Below, piece by piece: positions 1 through 13,035 of a DNA stretch of 64,000 nt. The stretch's first letter is position 1, and the number at the start of each line of letters is the position of its first letter. Both the position numbers and the translations under genes were made by a program. Origin of the DNA: Chiloscyllium plagiosum (Eukaryota); assembly GCF_004010195.1 (NCBI RefSeq), contig NC_057720.1:9071646-9135645 (forward strand), written 5' to 3'. The notes under the pieces were generated by a model, which was not told the DNA's origin, ran no database searches, and was given only the letters and a program-made list of their open reading frames with translations.

Positions 1-502
1 TGCTGTTGGGAGCTGTGTAGAAATGCTATCTTTACCACCTTTGTAATATTTGTAAAAGTACGCCACACATTTTAACATGAACATTACAAAAGGTTCTTAT
101 CCCAAAATTTAACTTGCTTCCATGAGGAATGAACTGCAGATATCTGAAACTAAAACAGAAATTTCTGGAAAATCTCAGCAGGTCTGGCATCATCTGTGCA
201 GAGAAAGCAGTCACTCTTCTTCAGAGCTGAGCCTCCACGAGTCTTGTTCTAATCTTAGATGTCTCAACATGAGTGCAACATTTTTTTAGGAACAATGCAT
301 AAGTTTGCATCAAATTTATATTTTGTATTTTATCTTAACAGAGACACATGGTTTTAGTTTTGTTGTTGAGTTATTCATGGTGCCTGGATGTTTATTTGTT
401 TACATGGATTTTTATTGAAGTTTTATTGAGGTTTTACAATTGTTGAAACAATGAGATGCAAATTAGTGGATTACCAAAAAAAAAGAAAAATCTGCACCGT
501 TC

Positions 503-1440
503 ATAGAATCCCTACAGTATGGAAAGAAGTCATTCAGCCCATCAAGTCTGCATCAATCCTCCGGAAAACATCCCACCTAAACCCAGCCCCCCCACTTTAC
601 CAATAATTCTGCACTTACCATGGCTAATCCACCTGGACACTATGGGGCAATTTGGTATGGCTAATCCACCCTAACCTGTAATCCCTGGACACTACAGAGC
701 AATTTGGCCTGGTCAATCCACCTTAACCTGCATGGCCCGGGACACTACAGGGCAATTTAGCAGGGCCAATCAACCCTAACCTGTACAGCCCTGGACACTA
801 CGAGGCAATTTGGCATGGCTAATCTACCCTAACCTGTACATCCCTGGAAACAGCAGGGCAATTTGGTATGGCTAATACATCCTTCCCGGTACATTCTTGG
901 AAACAACGGGGCAATTTGGTGTGGCTAATACACCCTAACCTGTTCATTCCTGGAAAGTATGGGGCAATGTACAATGGCCAATCCACCCTAGCCTGTACAT
1001 CCATGGAAACAACGGGACTATTTGATATGGCTAATCCACCCTAACCTGTACATTCCTGGACACTACAGGGCAATTTAGCATAGCCAATCCACCCTAACCT
1101 GTACATTCCTGGACACTGCATGGCAATTTAGCGCGGCCAATCCACCCTAACCTGTACATCCCTGGATGCTATGGGATATTTTAGCCTGGCTAATCCACCC
1201 TAACCTGTACATTCTTGGACACTACAGGGCAATTTAGCGTGGCCAATCCACCCTAACCTGTACATTCCTGGACACTATGGGACATTTTAGCCTGGCTAAT
1301 CCACTCTAACCTGTACATCCCTGGACACTATGAGGCAATTTAGCCTGGCCAACTCACTCTAACCTGTACATTTTTAGACGGTAAGAGGAATCCGGAACAC
1401 CTGGAAGAAACCCACGCAGACATGGGGAGAATGTGCAAAC
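503..1440 (-). mobile_element. HE1-type V-SINE with an internally amplified 53-bp unit
   Basis: Reverse-complement SINE tail at 503 (tagaatccctacag) and V-domain end at 1390-1440 (ccggaacacctggaagaaacccacgcagacatggggagaatgtgcaaac) flank the tandem array. Confidence 0.8.
620..1372. repeat. 53-bp tandem array, about 14 copies
   Basis: Unit aatccaccctaacctgtacattcctggacactacagggcaatttagcatagcc recurs with period 53 (1033, 1086, 1139, 1192, 1245, 1298). Confidence 0.95.
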
Positions 1441-1500
1441 GCCCAGTTTTGGGAAGGCAACCCAACTCCCTAGGCAACTCCCAATTGCCTAGCAACATGG

Positions 1501-1774
1501 ATTAGATTAGATTACTTACAGTGTGGAAACAGGCCCTTCGGCCCAACAAGTCCACACCGCCCTGCCGAAGCGCAACCCACCCATACCCCTACATTTACCC
1601 CTTACCTAACACTACGGGCAATTTAGCATGGCCAATTCACCTGACCTGCACATCTTTGGACTGTGGGAGGAAACCGGAGCACCCGGAGGAAACCCACGCA
1701 GACACGGGGAGAACATGCAAACTCCACACAGTCAGTCGCCTGAGGCGGGAATTGAACCCGGGTCTCTGGTGCTG
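1501..1774 (-). mobile_element. HE1 V-SINE, young copy
   Basis: Reverse complement of the 42611 and 45100 copies; (attag)n tail, V-domain and B-box. Confidence 0.92.
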
Positions 1775-2004
1775 GGATCCACAGAGAGGTCCAGCAGTCA
1801 GTCTGTCTGTATGTGGGTGTACTACAGTGTGGATGTCAAAATGTCAAAGCCTTTCATTAAGAAAAACAATAATGTTGCTGCCAACATACACGATCAAACT
1901 CTTGTGTTTGTTATGAAATTAAAATAAGAGAAATTTTAGTTTTCCCTTTGTTTTATGTGTCATATGTAGCAATACCAGCTGGTTATGAAAAACATTTAAT
2001 GAAT

Positions 2005-2205
2005 ATTGATTTGATTTAGTTTATTATTGTCACATGTATCTAGGTGCAGTGAAAAGTTGTGTTTTACGTGTAGTACAGGCAGATCATACCATACAAACTG
2101 CATTAAGGTAATAGAACAGAGTGAGGAATACAATGTTACAGCTGCAAAGAAGGTGCACAGAGAGTGAGACCAACATTAAATGTGAAATTTGAGAGGTCCA
2201 TTCCA
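2005..2205 (-). mobile_element. Rex1/Babar-like LINE 3' end
   Basis: Reverse-complement similarity to 10150-10337, including the (ttgat)n tail and ttattgtcacatgta...cagtgaaaag. Confidence 0.65.
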
Positions 2206-2252
2206 AAGTCTAGGATAGTTGGATATGCAGAAATTGACCAGAATGCAGTTGT

Positions 2253-2366
2253 TGGATTAGTGGTGCTGAAAGGGCACAGCAGTTCAGGCAGCATCCAAGG
2301 AGCTTCGAAGCTTCCAGCACTACTAATCCAGAATCTGGTTTCCAGCATCTGCAGTCATTTTTTTTA
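2253..2366. mobile_element. Penelope-derived short palindromic element with 16-bp TSD
   Basis: accagaatgcagttgt at 2237-2252 and 2367-2382; arms gattagtggtgctgaaag and cttccagcactactaatc. Confidence 0.75.
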
Positions 2367-2806
2367 ACCAGAATGCAGTTGTGTTAATCTGAGCAGGAAG
2401 CCTTGGCATGGAAATAAATGATAATGGGATGAAAGGAATAGTGCGAGTTTGAATCCCTTACTGATGTTAGTTATGAACACTTTCCAACCTGATATAATTT
2501 TTTTGTTCATTTACATTGATGTGAGCATTGCTAAGCTAGACAGCATGTATTGACCATGCCTAATTGCCCAAAGAGTAGCTAACAGTCAACTACATTGCTG
2601 TGGGACATTACTTGGGTCTCCAGATCAATAATCTTGTGATAATACCATTAGGCTATCACCAAGGTTCATCTTTTTCTTGTCTCATCAAAAATGTTACACT
2701 TTGTGTTAAAGTACACTTGCAGACTCTTGTTAATGTATTCAGTAATTGGCCACCAGGATTTTAAAAAATAGTTAGGGTCTGTGAAGCCAAGTTTTAATCT
2801 GGTACC

Positions 2807-3583
2807 TCTGACAATGCTGCCACTTTAATAAGGTTATTTTGTTCTGGGTTCTTTTGAAGAGAGGTTGTAAAGGCAGAGGTGCTGAAATAGCTACGAGAGA
2901 AACCCGAAGTCAACAATGAGAAGACATCTTTAGGTATTTTTAAAACAGTTTAGCAATGAAAGGGAGTAGTCAGTTCTCCCAGTTCAGGTTTCCTGGTTTT
3001 TCTTTTAGCTATAGCGGTCACAAGATATGTGAGTACCAGAAGGATTGCAAGCATCAGTAAATGATTCCTCTGAAATCTCTCTGGATGTTGTTCCCTCCTG
3101 CCTATAAGAATCTGTGTTTGATTTTGACAAGGGAATGCTACTGTACTGGAACAGTTAATCAGTTAGGTTACTGTATCTAATACAGAGAAACCTCAATTAT
3201 CCAGCATTCATTTATCCGAATTTCATATTATCTGGCAAGATCGCAAGGTCTTGATGCTTGGCTAAACTGTGTTAGCCGGCACTTGATTATCCGAACATTC
3301 AATTATCCAGCAAAATAGTCCCTGCCCGTGTCGTTTGGATAATCGAGGTTTGTCTGTATTCAGTTAAGTTTCCCAATAGTTAAATTATTCTAAGTTCTGC
3401 TTTCTTTTGTTTGTATTTTAACTGTGATGTTTAAATAAATTGTGTTTTGCTTAAAGCTGAGTGGTTTGACAAGTTGCATCCACCTAGAACGTCCACTTCA
3501 CATCAACGATTAAAATAAGAAAAAGTTAGAGTCTAACCTACCTTCTTAAAATATGTTGAGGGGGTCCAGCCTGGTCTATAACA
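2807..3583 (+). mobile_element. Solo LTR-like element, family A
   Basis: Starts t(c/g)gacaatgctgcc and ends cctggtctataaca with AATAAA near 3435; homologous to 39735-40505 and to the reverse complement of 7392-7871. Confidence 0.65.
3183..3356. mobile_element. Tc1/mariner-pogo type MITE
   Basis: Terminal inverted repeats cagagaaacctcaattatcc and ggataatcgaggtttgtctg, TA on both sides (3181-3182, 3357-3358), internal ttatcc subrepeats; nested in LTR family A. Confidence 0.85.
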
Positions 3584-3738
3584 GTCCTTACTTGCTCAAT
3601 ATTCCCATCAGTTGGGATCACATCAATACATACAATATGTGTTCCATGTCAGCTATACAGGTCGCAGGCAAATTTCAATCAAATTGAAAATTACAGAAAG
3701 TGTGATAGGGACAAACTTTTCTTTCAGCTCTGTTTTTT

Positions 3739-3963
3739 TGAAATAACTGCACAGAGGCTGGTATCCCGTCACCAAGTCACCCTTTATTTACATGTGCACA
3801 ATACACTGGTTCTGTCCAGCCAGCTCAGACTCAGACCCTGAAGTCAGGAGACTCTCTCAATCTTCTGTTTATATCTGTCAGCCAGGGCTCTCTGATTGGT
3901 CCAGGTTAACAAACTCAATCAAGGATCTCATGGTCCATGAGATCCACCTGATTCAATCACTGT
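3739..3963 (-). mobile_element. Solo LTR-like element, family B
   Basis: tgaaataac...gtcaccctttatttac...tttatatctgtcagccaggg shared with the 22603, 28265 and 38150 copies; TATA-like and AATAAA signals on the minus strand. Confidence 0.65.
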
Positions 3964-4018
3964 GGTTTTCAACTCTGAAGTGCCTCAATACAATGTCATT
4001 ACCCTTGTCCATATTCAC

Positions 4019-4231
4019 AATCAAAAATTGTGGGGCTGGAAAAGCACACAGATCAGGCAGTACCTGAGGAGCAGGAGAGTCGATGTTTCGGGCACAAGTC
4101 CCACATTCCTGATGAAGGGCTTATGCCCAAAACGTTGACTCTTCTGCTCCTCGGTTGCTGCCTGACCTGCTGTGCTTTTCCAGTACCACAGTTTTCAACT
4201 CTGATCTCCAGCATCTGCGGTCCTCACTTTC
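4019..4231. mobile_element. Penelope-derived palindromic element with hammerhead relic
   Basis: TSD tccatattcac at 4008-4018 and 4232-4242; inverted arms; ctgatgaagggcttatgcccaaaacgtt at 4109 with GAAA mutated. Confidence 0.8.
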
Positions 4232-4502
4232 TCCATATTCACCATGTACATTTCTGATGAGGTGTACAGAATGAGGGAATCTATAAATTCCAGCCCCTCA
4301 GTATACTATGCCTGAAAGACCTAAAACACTGCACTTTTCACATTGTGTAGAAGTACAAAGATGCAATTGACAGAACTGAGGCCCGTTGCTACAGAACAAG
4401 AGCTAATAAATATGCCTTTGACTTGCTACATCAGGTCAGAAAGTATTATATGGGATTGCAGAGGAAACAGTATTTTATGTGAAGAGTGGGAACATCACAT
4501 AC

Positions 4503-4537
4503 CTTGGCAAGCATAAAAGAAGAGAAAATAATGTTGT
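4503..4537 (-). CDS. Weak 35-nt exon candidate, reading frame undetermined
   Basis: Minus strand aatttctttatttag/ACAAC...CCAAG/gtatgt; all three frames are open; no recognisable homology. Confidence 0.15.
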
Positions 4538-5181
4538 CTAAATAAAGAAATTAGCTGGAACCCTGCAATTCCCTCATGTACATTCATTATGTGCATGGAA
4601 ACAAAGAAATGTTAGCACAGTAGCATGCTACTTGGCCTTTCCTACCTACGTTGAATTTCAGTCTCTCTTGGGAACTGATTTTGTACAATCCCATATTGCT
4701 GATTTGCCTCTAGACTTTTGTAGATATATTTTTATAAGTAATTATCCAGACCATTTCAGAATGCTGTAATCAATCACCACTTGTGGCAAAACCATTCGAC
4801 AATCTGCATGAGAGAGCTTCATCTCAGCTTGTTTATGTGTGCCAAGCGCTCCTCTTGAGATTGAGTCTTCAATAAAGTTACCAAGTAAAATAATCTATAA
4901 CTTATCTTTTCCTTTTAGCATTTGAACACTGCTTTCAAATTCCATTTTTGAATGTGTCACTGCATGAGAAAAGCATCCTACTTGTCACATCTCTTTCAGT
5001 TATCCATGAACCCAGGACACTATGGAAAAAATACCTAAATATAAATTCCCTTGTGCTAATATGTTGTTCTATTGCCTGAGTTTGCATGCCATGGCAATTA
5101 AGGTTTCATGTTACAACAATGTTTCTCTCAGCTCAATTCCTCAGCTCTCCTTCTCGAGCACTAACTTGGGTTCTGGTTCCT

Positions 5182-5464
5182 GAGTCATAGTCATAGAGAT
5201 ACACAGCATGGAAACAGACCCTTCGGTCCAACTTGTTCATGTCAACCAGATATCTCAACCCAATCTAGTCTCATTTGCCAGCCCTTAGCCTATATCCTTC
5301 TAAACCCTTCCTATTCTTATACCCATCCAAATGCCTTTTAAGTATTGCAATTGAACCAGCCTCCACCACTTCCTCTGGCAGCTCATTCCAAACTCGCATC
5401 ACTCTCTACATGAAACAGTTGCACCTATGATACATTTTTAAATCTTTCCCCTCTCTCACCTAAA
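5182..5464 (-). mobile_element. CR1/HER1 LINE 3' fragment
   Basis: (gagtcata) tail and antisense ...WNELPEEVVEAG... region. Confidence 0.85.
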
Positions 5465-5769
5465 TGGATTTTATTCACAGTACTTTGAAATGTCTCCTCC
5501 ATATTATAATATGACATTGATTCCAAACTAAACTGGCCTGCGCCTTTAAGGTAGTTACAATGCATCACAACATGAGCTATTATCTGCCTCACCTTCTCGA
5601 CATAATGGGGTCAATGTAGTCAGTCAGCTATATATGTATAATGCACAGTACCAACTTGGTTTAGGGAACCCATGTGCTTTCTCTGAAGTTAAAATAAGAG
5701 AAAGTTTGGTTTTAAGTTTGCTTCAAAATGGCAAGCCCAGAACCCTGACTATGTATGTAGTCTGTGATA

Positions 5770-6050
5770 CTGTAATGGAAACAGACCCTTTAGTCCAACA
5801 CATCCCTACTGACCAGATATCCTAAATTAACCTAGCTCCATTTGCCAACACTTGGCCCACATCCCTCTAAAACCTTCCTATTCCATATACCCATTCAGAT
5901 GCATTTTAAATGTTACAATTGTACCAGTCTCCACCACTTCTTCTGGCAACTCATTCTATATATGCACCGCCCTCTGCTTGCCCCTTAGGTCCCTTTTAAA
6001 TCTTCCCCTGTCACCCTAAACTTATTTCTTCCAGTTTTGAACTCTCCTAC
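5770..6050 (-). mobile_element. CR1/HER1 LINE 3' fragment
   Basis: Same 3' UTR and ORF end as the 5182 copy. Confidence 0.8.
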
Positions 6051-6283
6051 ACTTAAGCAGTTAGTATGGAAAGAAATTTTAAGATTTATTTATGACTGAA
6101 GACAAACTCAGGTCTGCTATTAAATGTTACATGGCTAACATACAATAACTCATAGACCACATTACTAGCTGTGGTTTTCTGCTTTTTCCATGGTTTTGTT
6201 TAGTTTCCTCTGTGTCAATAACCTTCTTTAATGATTCAAGGCAGTGACCATCAATTTTAAACAGACAGACATGGTCAAACACA

Positions 6284-6446
6284 TTCGAAAAGTGCGGCGA
6301 TAGAAAAGCAAAGCAGATCAGGCAGCATCTGAGAAGTAGGCGAGTCAACGTTTCGGGCATAAGCCCTTCATCAGGAATGAAATGTTGACTGACCTGCTGT
6401 GCTTTTCCAGCGCCACACTTTGCATCTGCAGTCCTCACTTTCTCCT
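6284..6446. mobile_element. Penelope-derived palindromic element
   Basis: TSD catgg(t/g)caaacaca at 6270-6283 and 6447-6460. Confidence 0.8.
6342..6379 (-). ncRNA. Minimal type I hammerhead ribozyme motif
   Basis: Minus strand reads cattc-CTGATGA-agggc ttat gccc-GAAAC-GTT-gactc. Confidence 0.65.
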
Positions 6447-7227
6447 CATGGGCAAACACAGAACAGTTGTAGATGGTGCTTCCATTTTGGGGACTGCTGG
6501 ATTCCTCAGTGCTAAAGGGCTTTAATTGACCCTTCAGAGTATGCCTGTCTCTAGTTATTAATTGGTTCCTTTTGGGAATATCACACATAGATCAGTGATA
6601 GAATTTCTGATCCCCACTTGACCTGATTGTGGGAGACTGGAGCCCGTAGAAAGAATCCAGCCCTTACTTTTGTCTCTGTATGACTAGTCAGGAGTAATGA
6701 GTTGTACAATATTTGCCAATCAGTTTAAGTGTTTGCTTTAGACAGTACAGTGCATTTGTTCCAAACAGTTAAGTTTTGAACAGAGATCTCCCAGAGTCAA
6801 AACTGTTGTCAGATATATTCATGCAATCAAGAAAAGCAATTAGAACTAATCAAGTATCTGTTTGTTTTGAAAAATTATCTTCTGTGATAGTTTCTAACTG
6901 AAAAGTTGACAAGTCTTGTCAGATTATGCATTTCCCTGATAACAACTTCTGGAACAATTTGTGGCTACGCTCACATTCAGTCACATTCTGAAACTGTGAA
7001 AGGATTTTTACAGTCACCCAGAGAGGTGAGTATGAAACTATCTCACCCCCGATTACAGGAATTATTTAAATGGGACAATGCTTCATGATTTACTATAGAT
7101 TCTGAAACTATTTGAATTTCCGTTATCTCATTAAGTGACACTTAAAGCAATGCATTCTAACCTTCATGATGTAACATAATCTGAGTGTCCTGTGGAGCAC
7201 TGAGGAAAAGGGTTTTGTTTTACGCCT

Positions 7228-8445
7228 TTATGGGATGTGGGTGTTAATTGATGGGTCAGGATTTATTGGCCATCCTTAAATACAGTGGAGAAGATGGTGG
7301 TGAGCTGTCATCTTGAGCTGATGCTGCTAATGGTGGGGTCAGGAGGTGCTACCATGCTACCATGGAGCGGATTCCAGGATGTTGACACAGCTGTTATGGA
7401 CCAGGCCTGAACCCTCAAAACATTTTTAAGTAGGTAGCCCAGACTGTAAGTTTCCTACTTTTTGAGATAAGTGCACAGTGGATATTCCCGGAGTGAATTA
7501 GCTGATACGACTGCCAAGTTTCAAATAAACAGAATTTATTTACAAAATTACGAATGAAACACAAAGAACAGAAAATAGAATACTGGATAAGTTATCCTAT
7601 CCAAAAACCCGACAGACTATCCCAGCTTAATGATGCTGTTCTGAAAATACTTGCAACAATCGTACATCTCTATGAATATGACTATAATCCCCAATAACAG
7701 ACCCCTTAGCACAAAGAGCAAAAATTATGAAAAACACTTCCAAGTTATGAAGGCAGAAGGGGAGAACCAGTGACCTTTCTTCACACACACTGCTGCTGAA
7801 CCTGGCCAATTACACCCCTCTGGAAAAAAAACTCAAAGACATAGTAACCTTGTAAAAAGACCAACATTGTGAAGCAGCAATGGCACAGGAACAGCAATAT
7901 AGATCCAAAACAGGATGGTGTGTGACTGGGAGAGGAGTCTGCTGATGGTGAGGTTCCAAAGCATTGGCTGACTCTGTCCCTCTAGGTTGTAGATGTCACA
8001 AATTTGGAAGGTACTGATGGACGAGCCATTGAGAACTTTTTCTATGTGTTTTGAACTTCGACTTTTGGTGATGGGAGTGAATGTTCATGGTGCTGGGTGT
8101 GGTGCCATTAAGTGGGCTGCTTTGTCCTGGATGATATCAAATTTCTTGAATGTTATTGGAACTGCACCCATCCAGGCAAATGGGGAGTGTTCCATCACAC
8201 TCCTGACTTGCTCCATGCAGGTGGTGGACAGGCTCTGGGGAGGCAAGTGAGTTATTTGCCACAGTGTTCTTAGCTTCTGACCTATTCATGTATCCACATT
8301 ATTTACTTGGCTAGTTCAGCTTAGTTTATGGTCAATGGTAACCCCCAGGATGTTGATATGGGATTCAGTGATGATAATGCCATTGAATATCAAGAGATGG
8401 CTAGATTCCTTCTTGTTGGAGATAGTCATTGCTTGATTCTTATAT
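7228..8445 (-). mobile_element. CR1/L2-group LINE (family B) 3' fragment interrupted by an LTR
   Basis: Antisense decayed QVRSVMEHSPFAWM...IQDKAA; tail resembles tagggatgggcaataaat; split by 7392-7871. Confidence 0.7.
7392..7871 (-). mobile_element. Solo LTR-like element, family A
   Basis: Begins tgttatggaccaggcc, the reverse complement of the family A end; possible cagc TSD. Confidence 0.6.
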
Positions 8446-8854
8446 TGTCCATTTGACTGTTACTCATTTTGGGTCAATGTTGTAGATCCTATTTCATTAT
8501 TTAAAGAAGAGGGAGATGATCCCTGATATCATGAAGCTTTCTTCCAGCAAAAAACATCACCAATATCAGAATAGCTAATCTGATTGTTTCACTTTCTTGC
8601 CTACCATTCATCCCCTTGCTTACAAGGAAAATATTTATCTCTGACTTAAAAATATGCAAGACTCTGCATCTACCCCCATTTGACAAGAGAGTTCCAAAGA
8701 CCCACAGCACTCTCTGAGAAGAAATTTCTCCTCATTTCTGTTCCAAAGGCATGACCCTTCAGCTGAAAGGGCGACCCATAGGCTTATTGTTGTTTGCAGC
8801 ACTCTAGGAGGTCATTTGACCCACCATGTCCACGCTGTTCAACAAAGAACTGAT

Positions 8855-9075
8855 GACAAGAACAGGAGTTGCTGGAAAATCTCAGCAGATCTGGCAGCAT
8901 CTGTGAAGAGAAATCAGTTAATGTTTTGGATCCAGTGACCCTTCTTCACAACTGATGGTTTCAACCGAAACATTAACTCTGATTTCTCTTCACAGATACT
9001 GCCATCCTGCTGAGCATTTCTAGTAACTTCTGCTTTTGTTTCTGATTTATAGCATCCACAGTTGTTTCAGTTTTT
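8855..9075. mobile_element. Penelope-derived palindromic element, second family
   Basis: Inverted arms ctcagcagatctggcagcatctgtgaagagaaatcag and ctgatttctcttcacagatactgcc; hammerhead relic on the minus strand near 8920-8955. Confidence 0.7.
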
Positions 9076-9654
9076 ATGACGATCTGATGACACTTCCCAT
9101 TTTCCAGCTTTCGGCCTGTAGCCCTGAAGGTTATAGCAACACAAGTGAATTTCTAAACTCCTTTTCAGACAGAGTGTTATACGTTCCACCACCCTCTAGT
9201 GAAATAAAAAAATCTCCTCAACTCTCCTTCTGGCCTTCTATCTCTTCTCTTAAATCTACGGCCCCTAGTTTTGACCTGTCTACTAATGGAAAAAGTGACA
9301 TCCGATCTAACCTATCTTGCTCTTCATAATCGTATACATTTCTGTCAGGGTCCCCCTCAACCTTTGCTGGTCTAAAAAAACAACCCCTACTGGATCAATC
9401 TTTCCTCACAGATCAAACCCTCCAGCACAAAGGTAAATCTCCTCAGCATCCTCTCTCGGTGCAATTATCCATCCTATAATATGGTGACCAGAACTGCACT
9501 CAGTTGCCCAGCTGTGGCCTAACTAGCATTTTATAGACTTCCAGCAAAAGTTCCTTGCTCATGAATCTGTGTCTTGGCACAGACCTTCTTTGCCATCTTA
9601 CCTATTTGCCCTGCTATCTTCAGGGGTCACCAATATCTCTCTGATCCTCTGATC

Positions 9655-10337
9655 TGTAAAGATAACAATCTCTTCCTCAATGTCAGAAAAACAAAGGAAT
9701 TGGTCATCAACCTCAGGAAGCAGAGTGGAGGACTTGCCCCTGTCTGTATCAATCATGCCGAGGTGGAGATAGTCAAGAGCACACCAAGACCTCCATTTCC
9801 TTAGAAATTCGGCATGTCCACAATGACACTTACTAATTTTTATAGGTGAACCGAAGAAAGCATCCTATCCAGATGTCTCATGGCTTAGTATGGCAAGCGC
9901 TCAGCCTGTGACCACAGGAAATTGTAGAAAGCCCAGCCCATTCCGAAAACCAACTTTCATTCCATTGACTCCATCTACACTTCTCACTGCCTTGGGAAAG
10001 CAGTCAATATAATCAAAGGCCCCTCTCACTCCAGTTATACTCCCCTCCACCCTCATCCATTGGGCAGCCCATTGGGCAAAAGTTTGAAAACCCATACCAA
10101 CAGATTCAAGAACAGCTTCTTGCCCACAGTTATCACACTTATGAATGGACCTCACATATGCTAGAGTTGATCTTTCTCTGCTCCTTCTCTGTAGCTGTAC
10201 AATATATTCTTCATTCTGTTCAATTACCCTGATGAACTTATGTAAAGTATGATTTGTTTGGATAACATGCAAATCAACACTTTTCACTGTATCTCGGTAC
10301 ATGTGACAGTCATAAATCAAATCAAATCAAATCAAAC
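9655..10337 (+). mobile_element. Rex1/Babar-like LINE 3' fragment
   Basis: Encodes NNLFLNVRKTKELVINLRKQ, typical of the RT C-terminus of this clade; (tcaaa)n tail; inserted in a decayed minus-strand CR1. Confidence 0.75.
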
Positions 10338-10859
10338 CAGTATTTTCCAGGCTCCTACAATTCATGCTGTAATCCCTTGCATTGTTATCCCTCCCCTAAG
10401 TGCATTACCTCACACTTTTCCTGATTAATTTCCATTTGCCCCTACACTGACCATCTGGTTAGTCTGTTGACATCTTCCTGCAGCTCTCATCCTCATTGTT
10501 TATCACCCAACTAATTTGTGCATCATCTGCAAACACCCTGATCATAACCCCCCAACACATAAGGTCCCTATTTCTAAATTCTCCCACAATAAATACTTTC
10601 TTTCGACATCCACTCTGTCAAGACCCCTCAGGAGCTAATATGTTTCAACCAAGTCACCTCTTGCTCTTCAGAACTCAGCGATGCAAGCCTAACCTGTCCA
10701 ACCTTCCTGCAAAAGACAATCCACCCAATGGAAGTATCAGTTTATTAAACTTCCTCTGAACTGCTTTCAACCCATTTGCCTAATTAGGAAGCCAAATACT
10801 TCATATGTACTCCAAATGATCCCTCATCTGAGCATAATCTGAAGCATATCTGAAGCATA

Positions 10860-11530
10860 ATCATAGGATCATAAAAAATAGGAACAGGAGTAGGCCATAT
10901 GGCCCCTCAAGCCTGTTCCACCATTCTGTACGATTATGGTTGCTCCAACAATCTTCACATCCACTTTCCTACTTCTTTCCTACTGATCAAGAATCTATCT
11001 CTCTCAGCCTTAAATATACACAAGGACTCTAGTCCTACAGCTCTCTTCAGCAAGGTACTCCAAAAATTCACAACCCTCTGACAGAAGAAATTCTTCCTCA
11101 TCTCAGTGTTGCTTTTCGCTGAGATTATTCCCTCTGTCTTGGACTGTCCCATGAAAGGAAACATCCTCTCAGTATTTAACCTGCCAAGCTCCTTAAGAAC
11201 CCTATGCATCAATGAAATCACCTCTCATTCTTCTAAGCTCCAGTGAGTTGAATCCCAAACTGTCTAGCCTTTGCACATAAGATAATCCCTCCAATAGCAA
11301 GAATCATCCTTGTGAACCTTCTGTGAACTGCCTCCAATGAAATAATATCTTTCCTTAAATAAAGGGACCAAAACTGCTCCAGATGTGGTCTCACCAGCAA
11401 CTTGTCCAGTTGCAGTAAGTCTTCCCTACGCTTAAACTCCAACCTCATTGAAATATGGGCCAATGTTTGTATTCAGTTTCACTTGTGCTGAATAAGAGCA
11501 ATTTATTAGCTTTTCTAATTACTTGCTGTC
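10860..11530 (-). mobile_element. CR1 LINE 3' fragment
   Basis: ORFs give LLQLDKLLVRPHLE..., RRFTRMI and FFCQRVVNFWS. Confidence 0.88.
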
Positions 11531-11546
11531 CACGCTTACTAACCTA

Positions 11547-11785
11547 GGGCCGAGAGTGTACTGCTGGAAAAGCACAGCTGGTCAGGCAGCATCCGAGGAC
11601 CTGTAGAATCGACGTTTCAGGCATAAGCCCTTCATCAGGAATCAGAAATTGCTCATTCTGATGAACAGCTTATGCTCGAAACGTCGATTCTCCTGCTCCT
11701 CGGATGCTGCTTGGCGTGCTGTGCTTTTCCAGCAACACACTCTTGACTCTGATCTCCAGCATCTGCAGCCCTCTCTTTCTCCTCC
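11547..11785. mobile_element. Penelope-derived palindrome with hammerhead motifs on both strands
   Basis: TSD actaaccta at 11538-11546 and 11786-11794; plus ctgatgaacagcttatgctcgaaacgtc (11658-11685); minus motif at 11607-11642. Confidence 0.82.
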
Positions 11786-11804
11786 ACTAACCTACTCTTA
11801 TAGT

Positions 11805-12045
11805 GTAGGGAAAAAATGGAGCCAATTTGCATGAAGCGAACTTCCAAAACAGCAATCTGGTAATATTTAGATAATTACTTTTTATGATATTGTTTGAAGG
11901 AGTAAATACTGGACAGGACACTAATGAGAATTGCCCACTCTGCTTGCATTCAGTGTCTGGGAATCCCTGCATGCCCCTGAGAGGGAAATTGGACTTCAGT
12001 CTAATGTTTTACTTGGAAGTTAGCATTTGCAACAATGCAGGTCTT
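11805..12045 (-). mobile_element. Ancient DeuSINE (SacSINE1/AmnSINE1-like) remnant
   Basis: Degenerate gccaatttgc...acagcaat...gataat...taaatactggacaggacac pattern matched to the Deu-domain SINE consensus from memory. Confidence 0.5.
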
Positions 12046-13035
12046 GTTTGGTCCTCTGCAGGATTGTTAACCTGGTATGATTCGAACAAATCTGCTTGAA
12101 TGTATTTGCAATAATGGGGTGATTAGAAATACAATAACCTAAATCTTCATCCAAGTTCCTCCCTATCATATTTATAACCCTATTGGGAGAAAGAAAGAGA
12201 TTCCTATTAGTTGTTGCTTCATATGACCTATTACGTATTTACAGTGAATTCTGTAAGACTTTGACACTTGACCTATACTGATAGCTCTTAGATTTAAAAA
12301 GCCAAAACAAGTAGGTATTGTATTGCAATAAAGCTGAAACAAATGGCATCTTCTCCTCTAGAGATTGTTTTCAAACTCCAGCACAGATTGAGAGTTTAAT
12401 CAACCAAGCTTTGTACACAGCAAAAAATACAACACAGTTTGTCATTCTGTTTTCAGGGATCTGTGCACAGACTGCGAGAATGTAGCTTCTGGCTTGAAAT
12501 CATTGCCCCAAGTATCACCAGGGTGTCTGTTTTGCTAAACTCGTGCCTCATCTTAGGACAGAGCTGACTCTTACATGATTGAATAGTTTCAAGGTTATTG
12601 AAAAAAAAATGTTTACTTATAAATGAAAGAACTGCTCAGAGGCATCTCATGTCATTCCCTTGAATTCAAGTCCCATTAATCTTCTCAATATTATATATTA
12701 CTGTGGGGAATATATTGCCTATTTGCTTGCTTCTCATTAAGTAAACATTTAAGAACTTTTGGGAGAGATTCATGTTTCATGATTAGATTTTCTTGTCGTG
12801 GCAAAGATTTTAGGGATGGAGTTCAATGAAAGTGTTGTGTCTTAAAACAGAATTAATTTATAGAGATTTTAAAAAGACTGTTGGCTTTGAATGGATGTGA
12901 AATGCCAGATGGTTTGTGGAATTCACTATTTTACAATTACCTCATCCCAGGCCAATTGGTTATTCATTTATTGTGAGATCGCAGCAGGCGACTTTGAACT
13001 TACAGTCCAGTGTGTTGGGAAGCAAAGGTGTGCAG

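Noticed and set aside
620..1372. CRISPR-like regular array
   Set aside because: Units are contiguous with no unique spacers, derive from a SINE and lie in vertebrate DNA with no cas genes.
1484..1496. RFX X-box-like attgcctagcaac
   Set aside because: A single imperfect motif between two SINEs with no promoter context.
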